A DNA stretch of 50,843 bases, filler included, from Sphacelaria rigidula (Eukaryota), in assembly GCA_964200075.2 (NCBI GenBank). It is 3 parts of 3 records of this genome, joined end to end, with 100 filler letters (N's around TTAATTAATTAA, not from the genome) between each part and the next. Parts side by side here need not be neighbours in the genome. Positions count along the whole stretch, not along the records: positions 1 to 16,882 come from CAXNAA020001225.1; 2 more parts are not named here. One strand, given 5' to 3'. The translations under genes and the position numbers were made by a program. The notes under the pieces were generated by a model. It saw only the letters and a list, made by a program, of their open reading frames with translations. It made no database searches and was not told the DNA's origin. Within the stretch, counting starts at the first letter, position 1, and each line of letters opens with the position of its first letter. Of the stretch, positions 1 to 11,500 are shown piece by piece.

Positions 1-3000
1 AGTAAAGGGAAAAAATCAGTTTTCAGATATCGGTAAAATCCCCCTAACTCATGGGGAAAAAAAACTTGTGTGCACTGGTATATTTTTTTTACTGTGCCCT
101 ATTTATTGGCCATACCAAATTTCAGGGTCCAACTCTAAATATTGGCCGTATAATGGGCCTGCAAACTACAGAATCGCTTCTCAGCTGGCCCAGCTCGAAC
201 CGACCTTGAGACGCAGAACGCCGTCATGTAATCAATAACTTTAACAAGGAGATCCTTTCCCTCTGGAACACATCGAATATTTACAATTTAAAACTAGAAA
301 ACCCTCCAGCTCATCACTAGACCCCGCATCAACTTCCTCCCACCTATATACAAGAGAAAGACAGCTGTAAGATTTGCTCAGCATTATCCATTCGCTGCTG
401 ATACGAGTGTCATCACTAAAAACAGTATTTTAGTCACAAAAAAAAAACAAGAGCCATTCAGCTGGCACCACATTCATCGCGCTTGGAAGCAACCATGCAC
501 CTATACGCCCACCAATCAGTCGAATGTCACCCGCTTAGACTCGACATTATATATTATTTCACGACCCTTTTTCGTCACGTCGCCATTGCAACCTGTTCGG
601 TTGTATCTTGACAAAGCTCGTCGCCGTCGAACTCGAGAAACGTCCTTGAAATAACTAAGGACATATCGTAAAATGAAGACAGGACGACCCGCAGGACTCG
701 TGCCTCCGAAGCCTCGAAACTCCTGGTGAGCAACACGGGGCAAGGGCAGAGCTGGCATTATCATTCTGAGAGCATTTGGATGATGCGACGAAACAGAGAA
801 TTTTGACAACCCTGCACGACAGAGGTTGTCGGGTACACGCTGAGCAATTTCACGTGGTCATCCATAAAGCGTATGTGATGTAATGCTCGTAAAAACCGTT
901 TCATGTTGTTTCCTGACAGGTGGGCGGGCGTTTTGTCGCATTTTGTCCACCGATGGGAATTGACGGAAAACCTTTTGCACATATAGAGGGAGAAAACACA
1001 CTAAAATCGTGTGCTTGACTCATGACAAGCTGCATTTGTATCTTCGATGTCCAACAACATCATTATCATGAATCGTTTACAAAAAAAAGTCGCACCAACA
1101 AGCGCTTCCACGGGACTCAAAAACGAGCTACTCGCTCGCGTGGACAAAAACTCGTTTGCACAGGTTTTCCTCATGAGCTTCTTGGCGAATCTTCAACACC
1201 GGTAGAACTGATTTACCACATATGTTCCTGATCATTATAAGGAGTCAACTGATTGGCACATGGAATATTTTGGTGCGAGTTTACCTCGTGAACTTCAACC
1301 ACAGGGGAACACGCCCTGGCACAACGACTGCTTCTGTAGTGTGAACGTGATTGCTTACAACCGGAGTCGTTGAAGTAGTATGAAAGTGGCGAGTGATAAG
1401 ATGTCCAACCTTGTTTTCGTAGAACGAAGACTACACTCCAAGATATAGACGTATTTCACATTATATCAGAGCATGTGTATATACTATAATTTGTAGTTAC
1501 TTTGTATTCTAGTGCACCGTAGTTCACTGTACCGTAGCAACGTGCGAAGATTCTACACATCTTGCGCGTACCTATCGTAAAAGAACCGATTACAACAGGC
1601 CACCAGATTTATGCAACGCCAATGTTGTAAATGATCCTGTGCACACAAAACTCTTTGGAGGTCCCTTGAATAGAAGAGTACTGGAGTACATTTCCCAACG
1701 CTTACATGATTGGTCGATATAATGACACTTGGGGGTTGACTTGGAGGTTGTCTGATAATAATCCACGAGTCAAGCGTGAATCCTTCTGGCACCCGATGTC
1801 AGTTATCCCCAGGAATCCGGAGGTCTGTAGCACTGCCACTTATTGAAGGGTAGCCATAGCGTAGGCGTAGATTACCTCCATTTGGTTAGGTGAGCATAAA
1901 CCTCGAATTCCTCGAGCGCATGTACTTGCCCAAGAAAATAATGCAGCAGGCCAGGTTGAACGGTTGAGGAGGTGAGTTGGGGATTTTGTTGCTCATGTGC
2001 CAAAAATGCGAAAGCCGATCGAGGTCGGATTCCCATTCCCAACTCTCACGTCACAAGCTTCCGCTTGGGCAGCAGATGTTATGAGGGGAACAAGCTCACC
2101 GCTGAGGCTATGCGCGTGTTGCTTGTTTCTGTGTCGATTTGTGCTCGCCCTGCTCAGTTGGCTCTTGAGAGAACCTCCCGCAAGTAATAACTCAGGTACG
2201 AAACAAACAACCACTCAACCACATTCTCACGCCCAGCACACTCCCCTCCAATACGCTGATTCGTGTTCCAACAGCTGCCACGACCACATATCGTGCGTGT
2301 ACTTGTACTACTGTCACCGCTGCTGTGTTGAATCTCTAAATATCCCGCGACAACAACGTGCTACTGATCGTGGCTAACGCATAAATAACTATGATTCGCG
2401 GCTACATGAGTGACAGGCTAGATTACAGTCTTTTCAAGGTCCCTCGAAAGCCTTGGCGACTGGTGGCCAGCTGCCGATTAAGCGTCAAGCAGGTTGACTT
2501 TCATTTGAATATTTTGCAGCCTATGCTCATATATTGGTGCTTGATCCTTGGACCGCCGACGTGGGTAATCCAAGTCTTCCGTTTTTCAGGTGATACTTCA
2601 AGCTACCATGTTTTAATAGCAAATGATGTTGACTCTGAAGATGACCCACCCTGGTCGTCAAAGGGTCAACCCTTTGATCACGAGCTTCGGCCCGAAACAG
2701 TTCTTTTGCTGACAGTTTAGGGGTTTCCAAAGGCGTGCGGGGGGGGCTTTGTGAGGTTATAGGAGAAAGCTTCCCGGGTCAAACATGTGTTTAGGAAATT
2801 TTCAGGTTGAGCAACAGTAAAGAGGGTGATATGATCATGTTATTACTTCGATTATGCGCCTAGTCCATTGTGCTCCCCTGCCCCTGCAGATGCACTACAT
2901 TGGGCTACCTCACAATCACCCCCATCTCATCCGAACAGCGGCGATCACTGGACTACTCAACCACACACAAAAAGGGTAGTTTTTGCTCTTCGTGAGTCTC

Positions 3001-3776
3001 TGCGACCGGCCTGCCACTGCTTACGTTTTCAAGGTAGTTGCAGCACACTGACATGCTGTCTGTAGAATACTAAGCTCAGACAGAAAAGGCGTGGACTCTA
3101 CGCAGTGGAAAGCGGTAACAGCCCATTTGTTGCCGTGTTGTTTCTATAATACAGACTAATGAAACCAGTCTACGTGTATGGTACAGCAGCAGTATACAAT
3201 GCATCGCAACATGCTCGAGGTGTTCCGGGACTGCCCCGACAGCATCGAGACCACTCGAGCATAGGCAGAGCGTGTCGCCGCGTATATTACAACAATTGTA
3301 CTGTAGATAGCTTGCACCACTCACATGGAAAGAACGTAGGTATGTGCCCCATGAAAATGGTTAGACAGTCACCATGGGACGAAAACAAACACATTGTAGA
3401 CTCCACCTACGAGTACTGGCTCAAAACCGCTCAGGCGTTCTCTTCTTCTAATTTCCATACAGACGTTCAACATCCACCCGCACATATGAAGAGGCGTTTT
3501 GTCACTTTCTAAACAAAAGTTATGGAGTCAAATTAACCGTAGTTCATCTCAAGTCCATTTACGGGGAGCTCACTGTCAAGGGGTCGACAATCAGCACAGA
3601 TCAACGTCCGATAGCGTACCTGTCCCAGCATTTTATGCCTGAAATTTCACACCATGGGGTACTACGGTGGGTACCAAGGAAAGCCAATAGTCCCAAAGAT
3701 AATCGAGCGAGACCTGGGAGCAGATGTTAATGGTCGTGATGTGTATCGACGAACAAAGGGGCAGGTAGATACTCAC

Positions 3777-4302
3777 GCCAGTAGAGACGATCCTTCGACT
3801 CGTATTGACCTCTTGATCCTTTCCGGCTGAATCTCCTCGTCCACGTTGAGCGTACTGCACGCTATCGTTGCCAGTTTTTCCGACGGATACGCCACCACCA
3901 CTTGGCTGCAAGAACAACGTTGACATGGCCAAACCAGCACATGAGAAAAATACCGCACCCTCACGAATTACAAGGACGTACGGCACAACACATAATAGCA
4001 CAGCAGAATACACGGCCGCATTGTCGCGTTTAGCCCTACTCCACCATCCACATGCTGCGGGGACTACGTGCCATCTATACGATACTCAGCAATACTGCAC
4101 TAGGGTCATGATGAACTCGCTGACTGGGTTGTATTTGCTCATCTTGCCCAAGGCTGCTGCTGCTGCTGCTGCTGCCAACCGTGATGGCATGCGCCTCTGA
4201 AGTAGTGGAAGCAAAAGAGGGTACACCCACCGCAGGCTCAAGGGCATCGCCATTCTCCATGGCGAAACGCAGCTGCACTCACCAGTGGTATGGGAAGCTC
4301 AT
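3777..4302 (-). CDS. PCC1: EKC/KEOPS complex subunit Pcc1/LAGE3-like, partial (exons 4302-4283 and 3905-3777; last exon not found)
   Basis: Exon 1 ATG AGC TTC CCA TAC CAC TG|gtgagt joins in phase to ttgcag|C CAA GTG...CTG GC|gtgagt. The product is MSFPYHCQVVVAYPSEKLATIACSTLNVDEEIQPERIKRSIRVEGSSLLA, matching the Pcc1 pattern (Y/F)P(S/T)xxxAxIAxxxLxVDxE...xRxxxVxGxxL. Confidence 0.82.
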
Positions 4303-5506
4303 GACGCGGGCAGGGTCCTGGGCACCATTGATGACACCTTGGTGATGTTGCTGACAAAACTTTAGCGTACCCACACGGTTTCTCAGACCCGTGGTCGATC
4401 AGGAAGATCTTCCAACCGTGTGAAAGAATCGACTCGATCAAATTCGGCATCACTTTTCATCCGATGCATGAACGGCGTTCAACCTCATTACCAAACAGTG
4501 GACACGATAAAAATTCAGCATCACTCTTCGTTCAATGTATGAATTGCGTCCAGCCGTTTTACCGAACGGTGGATTCGGTGAAATCTAACGGGGACACGGC
4601 TAGTGAAGCCGCCGCTCAGTGGAATGGACAAAACGGTTTTGAAACGGTTTTCAGAGGGTGAGCACGCAACACGATCCGGAGATGCAATGGATATCCCGAT
4701 CATCCGGGATCATCAGATTCAACATGCAAGAACTGCGCGCTGCACGTTCTGCACTGCAACGTGTGTTCAGAAACGTCTTCCTTTACCCTTCTCAGTGTAA
4801 GGTGTAAATGTACAGCCCCAAGTTGTTGTATACTTTAGTCGGTAGAATGTACATGTGACTCCCCACTGCCACTCCCCAGAAGACTCCAAAGGGATCATGT
4901 CATGCCCTCGACGCTCCACCAATCGCAGACATATATTCGTTGGCTGATTCGGGCTACTCGCGACTAAACTCAACTTGACCGTCCCTCTCCCACACGTGAA
5001 CGCACGCAAGTAACCAAGGGTCGGACGCATCAATGATTCGTCTGTAAATTACTTGATTTTAGTGTGAATGATTCGTACCGTACGAATCTATCCTTAGGCT
5101 TTGTTTTCAGCGTTGCAACCCAGGTGGGCACAGCCCAGGCAGGTGTAATGGCGCCAGAATTGCGCGGAGACCTTTTTAACCTGTGGTCGATTTTTTTCTC
5201 TCTTCTAAGCAACCAGGCCTGAAGTACCGCGAATTTGCTGCTATGATTCGTCCGAACCGCGTAATTGACTCAACATATCAAACAGAAATTCAGGCAATTC
5301 AGGCACGGACCCTCGGGGACACCTGCTTGGCCGTAAATGACACTACTACTACTCCATTGTGTGTGTGGAACCCGCGGAAGTCCCATTCTCCTCTCTCTAG
5401 CATTACGTGACAGCACAACTTCTCTATGCACAATTCCCACTGTTTACGTCAAATCTCACTAATAATCGCGCACAGACTTAACGCATCACCTAGTTGGCAA
5501 GGTACA

Positions 5507-8500
5507 CTACGGTGTGCTCGCAACGTCACTTGAGGGCAACGGACTTGAAGGCACTGGTTCGGTTGATACTTCCTTTGATTCTTCCTTTTTGGCCGCAGCA
5601 TCTCCCACCGACTCAGCCTTGCTTGATTTCAATAGCGCTGAGCGCTCCACCTCTGCACCTTTCAGGATGTCGAGCGCCTCTGTTTCGGCAGACTGGACAA
5701 TTTCAGCAACCCGCGCGTAGGGGCAGCAAGGTTACAAACAGCTGATGATGCTCCGTTGCATCATGTTCAATATCATCAATGAAACTCTCACCATGTCATC
5801 TGTTTGTCGTAGTGGTAACTGCATGCGTAAACCAAACCGCGGTATGCAAAGTTTATGGCGTACTTGCCGCTCAATGCTGTGTGTGAACAATCACGCTGAG
5901 CTCTTATCTAGCATCGTACACCTGGTCAAGGGGAGTAGGCAATCCACACGGACATGGAGTCTTATTAGTCCAGAAACCCATACCACCTGAAGCAAAGATG
6001 AGGCCTGCGCAGCGCCATCTCTTCGCGCTTCGGCAACAATGGCCTCCGCTTCCTTTTTCGCTGCCGAGATCATTCGCCTCGCTTCCGCGCTAGCACCCGC
6101 ATTTGAAGTCTTGGATGCCGCTTTATCTGGCTGTATTAAAGAAATACACGCAATTTTTCACGCCACCGACACGAAACACAAGTAACATGGAGCCCGTTTA
6201 CTTCATCCCACGAGCAGACGGCCGGAAAATGGACCAAGGACCCTCAGGCACCTTGAATTCTTACAGGGTGACCTAAGCAAGTGTGCGCCGGCAGAGCTTC
6301 CGCCACGACCTACTTGTGAAATTTTTGAGGTTGCTTTTCCTGAGCTGTGTTATACAGGATAGCGTGCCATGTTTTTTGGATGGGCCAAACGCGAAAAGGA
6401 TCAAATATATTGGGTAAAATCAAGCTGATGACAAAATGTCCAAAAACACCACGGAGACACTTCCAAGTAGGTCCGTACCTTCATTATATCTTCCACGCCA
6501 GGTTTGACCACGCTGAACAAGGTTCGAGTGAGCAGATGGCTCAAGACCCCGATCGGACCGAAGAGGTAGCAGAGAGCAAGGCTGTGCTTGGTGAATATGC
6601 CATTCTTCTGCCCATCAAGATATACCCATCGACCCTACGGGGACAGTCGGTGATGGGCGCGGCGGGGACAAAGGAGGAAAGTTCGCACAAAACGTGAATG
6701 TTGAGCTCGCAATCGGCCCAGAAACATGTTCTACCGAGTGTTGTGTTGTTTTGTGTTGCCATCCCATCTATTCTGGACGCCAGTCTACACCTTCTGGTAT
6801 ATGTGGGCGCATATCCGGGGTCACGCAGGAGGAACGCCAACACACGAGTTGTTCATTTTTATTTTGTTTCAGGACTCCACCTTGCTTCTGCGGTGCCAGC
6901 CTTACTTTTTAGCGCGAGAGGGGTTCAGCGGTCCCTCCCTTGTCAAATAAGCGTCGGAATGTTGGAGGTTTCTCTTAGGAGTAGAAACGGTGCTCCGTCT
7001 CGAAAGGGATGCGTGGTAAATGGTCCAACGACTCTGACAAGCAACAAATGAGTGCGTCCTCCCCCTCGTCGACCATGAAGTAAAATCTCATGCACTCACG
7101 ACAGAGTCGCTCTCCACTGTTGGGCATGGTGTGAGGATAAGTCCCAGAACGTGTGACACCGGGATTCGAACCCAAGACCCAACCGCCATGAGGTTTCGAA
7201 GTTACCAAGTGAGCCACCGGGGCGACCGGCTGTGACTGTTACAAAAGGCAATTGACGGCGGTCGACTCACGATGAAAAGGTCTTGCGCCAGAAAGTGAGC
7301 CCACGCTGCAGACACTGAAACCTCCTCTCCGAAACCCTTCGTCAACGCTCCTAGATTGGTAATCCCGCTGGCGAATGCCTCTTGAGAAACGGGATTCTGG
7401 GCACACGGCCAAGATTCACGCATCATGTGCATCGAAATCACCCAGGATGCCGCGCAGTATGCAATACCACGTTGAACGTTTCTCGATCGTGAACGTTCAA
7501 ATCAACCGTGTAGAATCGGGGGAGAGTTTGTAATTGAGCACAGCACGGTTGCGAACAGGCCACTCGCACCTGGGAATGAGAGGAGACACGCGATATACTA
7601 CTCCGAGGGGTAGAGTGTGTTCTACAATCGCGATATGTACGTTTGTGAGTCGCGTCTGTACCTGAAGGGCTTCGTAAGTTAACCACACGTACAGGAGCGC
7701 GGCAACGATCACCGTCGCGTAGCTTGACATGACCGCTTTCGTTATCGGCTTCTCTGGCCAGATGATCATACCCAGCCACAGGGGAAGGATTGCAGCATTT
7801 TCCGCGTAGAACAAAGTACTAGGAGTTGCCACCGCCTCCACACCCTTGATCGTCTGAAACATGCGGACACGCACGTAAGGAACAGCCCGCAAAACAAAGA
7901 AGGAAGTGAATTGGGATAAATATAAGGCACGTCGCGTCAGCAGGACACAACCCAGTCCACAAAGTCCATGCATGTAATTCCTAAACTAAATCGCACTCCT
8001 TGACAGAGTAGTGGAACATTAATGTAGCTACTGTAGTAGACTGACCTCCTGGATACCAGACGTCAAGCTCTGCTCTTCCTTTAGAACTTGCTCTGGTGAC
8101 TTCCCAAGGATATCCGAAAATATCGAGGTGATACTTTCCTGTGCAACAGAGCGAATAAAAACAGAGGCCGCAGCACACATGTTACGGTTCCCAAGCAAGC
8201 AAGTCGAACAGAGAGACAACCTGTGAGAAAAGATTAATTACTAATACTGTGGGTCGCTTCTTGAACGGAAGGGACAGCGCACATGCTGTATGGCAAATTG
8301 ACTCAACATTCGACCCGTGCCGTGCGATAGTTGTGCATGTCTACAGTATCGCGCAATATTCCCATCACTACGTTGTACTCTGCTCTAGTAGTATATCTTG
8401 CAATCCTGCGCAATTCCGAGGTGTACGTTCATATTTTTACCGACTACCGCATAGCGCACCTGTACCGCATAGCGCACCTGTAGTGGATTCCCGATTGTTT

Positions 8501-11500
8501 CAGTTACTGATTCTCCTAGCTGCGTCTGAGCCCCTTCGATTGCATTTTGGGCGCCACTCTTCAGACTATCAATCCCTTCGAGTACCCCCTGGGAAAGGCC
8601 TCCTCCAAACTGCTTAAAGGGAGCGATGGCACTTGCACCCAAGTCGCCAGCCTGTCGACATGGAACGGCAGGGAAGTTCACTGTTTGAGATTGTCGAGGA
8701 CGCGCGGAAATTCAAAAGCTGGAAATCACACTCACATGACCAGTATCAATCACCAACTACCAGAGAGAGTATGCGCGAGAGCTGAAGCTTTCCCTCTAAA
8801 ACTCTGCCCCCCGACCGCCGCCCGACTGGAGATGGTTATGTCGGCGCGGGCAAGTCCCAACCAGCAACCACACGACACAACCGACGCGTAGAGGAGAGGG
8901 AAACGACCTACATAATAATCTGTGTTATGTGTCTGCGGTGATACAACATGTACACTCACCAGTAGGCCACATGGGTACAGTGCCGAACACTAGGCTCAAC
9001 CCTGAAATTGCTGAGTTTTGCCCCGTACTAAGACCCAAACTCAACCCGGCAGCTGTATAGTTTCACCAGAAGTTGGGGCACTGTCACGGACGACACGTCG
9101 ATAGAGATGAGAGATGTGAGTAGAGTGCCCTACTCGGCAGACTCGAACAATTAACATCGACCGACGGGGACTGGGACAGCTTCACCCTCCCTGTGAGACC
9201 AATACTCAAGGCATGTACGTACGACGACCGTTATGCCAAGGGAAATCGGAACATACCCCAAAGAAGGTCAACACAAAAAGCAAAACGTGTAAATATAGAT
9301 GAGGCTAGACCTCGGTCGTGTACAAGCGAGCTCAGAGTGGCGACCTTCAATGTCCGTACACTGTCCCTCACGAGAAAGCACGGGGCTAGCCATGTTGAGG
9401 CAATTTTGCAGACGTGTCGAGCGGTGGATCGTGACGTTATCAGACTGCAGGAGACGAGGAGAACGGGCCGAACTGAGTTCGCTGCCGCGGAATACCGTGT
9501 CTTCTGCTGCAGGGCAGAAGGGGGTAAGGGAAAGACTGGACAACATGGGATTGGGTCGGCCGTCAAAGAGTCGTTCATCAGTAAGGCTGCATGGACTCAG
9601 GTGCTCATCAGAGAGCGCCTCTATCGATGGCTTTCAACCTGACAGGAAAATTGAGCGCTTGTCACATATGTAGTTGCTTAGATCCCTACAGACGCATCAA
9701 AGTCAAGATAAGAGAGAAATGTCCTGGACTTCGTTGGACATCACTGTGAACCGAGTTTCCAACAATCGCCACCTGTTCATTTAGATGGACGTTACCGATA
9801 GGGCTAGGGTAAGAAAAGAAGAGAAGGATTGCAAAGTACTGGAGGTAAACGACCGCGACTCCAGAGCCAACGACAGCAACGGCACCTATTTGCTCCGGTT
9901 CGCGGGTGGCAACAGGCTTGCCCCGCTCAACACGTTTTTTCCATCTCCCAGGAAGGTATGTTTATTTCACGTACGGCACGGTCAACGCAGGCTTGTTCGA
10001 AATGTCCATTTTCAACCGTCCAACTCGCCGGACACTGACCACAACGTCGTGTGCGCCTCAGTGCGGCTCCTTCGTCGCTCCGCATGCAACAGACCTTGGC
10101 GAACCCCCATTGGGCACAAACCGATCGACAGGCGGGCATTAGCATCTGACACTAATGGACGTGATCAACACACTCAGTTGATCGTCAGCGAGCTCAGGCA
10201 GAATAGAACTGGCGATATAGTCAATGCATTGGCGACGAAATTCGCCGACATGATCCTGAGCTCCGCTGAGGAGGTGGTGCCTCGTCAGACCCGAAAACCA
10301 CGTATTCAGGGGTGATTCGAGGATGGTGCCATCCTAACCGAGTTGGACCAGGCCAGGAATGAGAAGGAAAGGGCGAGATTGACGGTGCGAGTAGGACTGA
10401 CAGATAAACCCCCATGGCGCACCTCATGAGTAGCGTGCGGGAAACATCAAGAAGTGATCCAAGCTCGGATGGAAAGGTACCTGGGTTGTATGCGAAGGAG
10501 CTGCAAGAGTACAGAAGAATTGGGGACATGGGAGGGTGGTACAGATATCTGAAGGGAGAATGGAGTCTGGTAGGACGAAAATTAGAGAGCAAGCAGTATA
10601 TTAAGGACGTGGACGGGAACCTACTGCGGGATGAAGGTACAACTTGTGAGATATGGAAATATACTTCTCCACCTTGCTGAATGCCATATCGGTGACTGTC
10701 GACCGAGCCGTCATCGAGAACATCGCTCAACGACCGACAATGTTGTCACTTGGAGGCCTGCTAAACGCATGTGAAACTGAGGAAGGCCTCAGAGCTATGG
10801 GAAACGGCAAAGCGACGGGTTAATATGGTCCATCTGCTGAACTCCTCAAATTCGGGTTGGTCGGGGAGCCTTTGACGATTCTGTACCACTTTCATGGCAT
10901 CACCGCTGCGTTCTGGACATCTGGCGAGGTGCCGCAAGAGTGGGAAAACGCCAACATCAAATCGCTACAAAAGAATAGACATGATCGACTGAGATGACGA
11001 CATGGGCATGTCCCGCGCGGCACATGCTGACGAAGTTCTCTTCAAAATCGTAGCCAACAAGCTCGGCAGTCCGTGCGAGGAGGCAGGGATCTTCCCGGAA
11101 CTATAGTGCGTATTTCGACGTCAACGACCGACCACTGATATGACGTTTGTTGTACGCCGACTGCAGGAGTTGGGATGGAGAAACAACGTCCCACCAAGCA
11201 TGTGCTTCATCAACCTGCATCAGGCTCACGACTCCGTCGATCGCACGCTCCTGTGGAGAGTGCTTGCCCGGTTGAGAGGCCCACCTCGGATGATCAAGGT
11301 CATCCGCATGTTTCACGATGGTATACAAGGTCGGGTACAGCTGGGGATGCTGGCGAACCATCACCGTGATTCCACGTCTGCCAAGGATTCAGGCACAAAT
11401 GCGTTTCGTCCCCGCCATTGGTATACGTCTTCTGCGCAGCCTTGGTCGACGTGATCTTTGAGCGGTTCTTGGCAGACCCAGCTATCATCTCAGACTTGGT

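Noticed and set aside
516..1400. Possible Gypsy integrase relic on the minus strand
   Set aside because: Only a vague resemblance (HLSGNNMKRFLRAL); too degenerate to support.
4075..4278. ORF MENGDALEPAVG... as the first exon of Pcc1
   Set aside because: No phase-compatible donor; the 20-nt exon at 4302-4283 fits and this ORF lies in intron 1.
7150..7230. tRNA genes here and at 24436-24510 and 43585-43660
   Set aside because: A/B boxes are present but the cloverleaves are broken and the heads are fused to repeat bodies; treated as SINEs.
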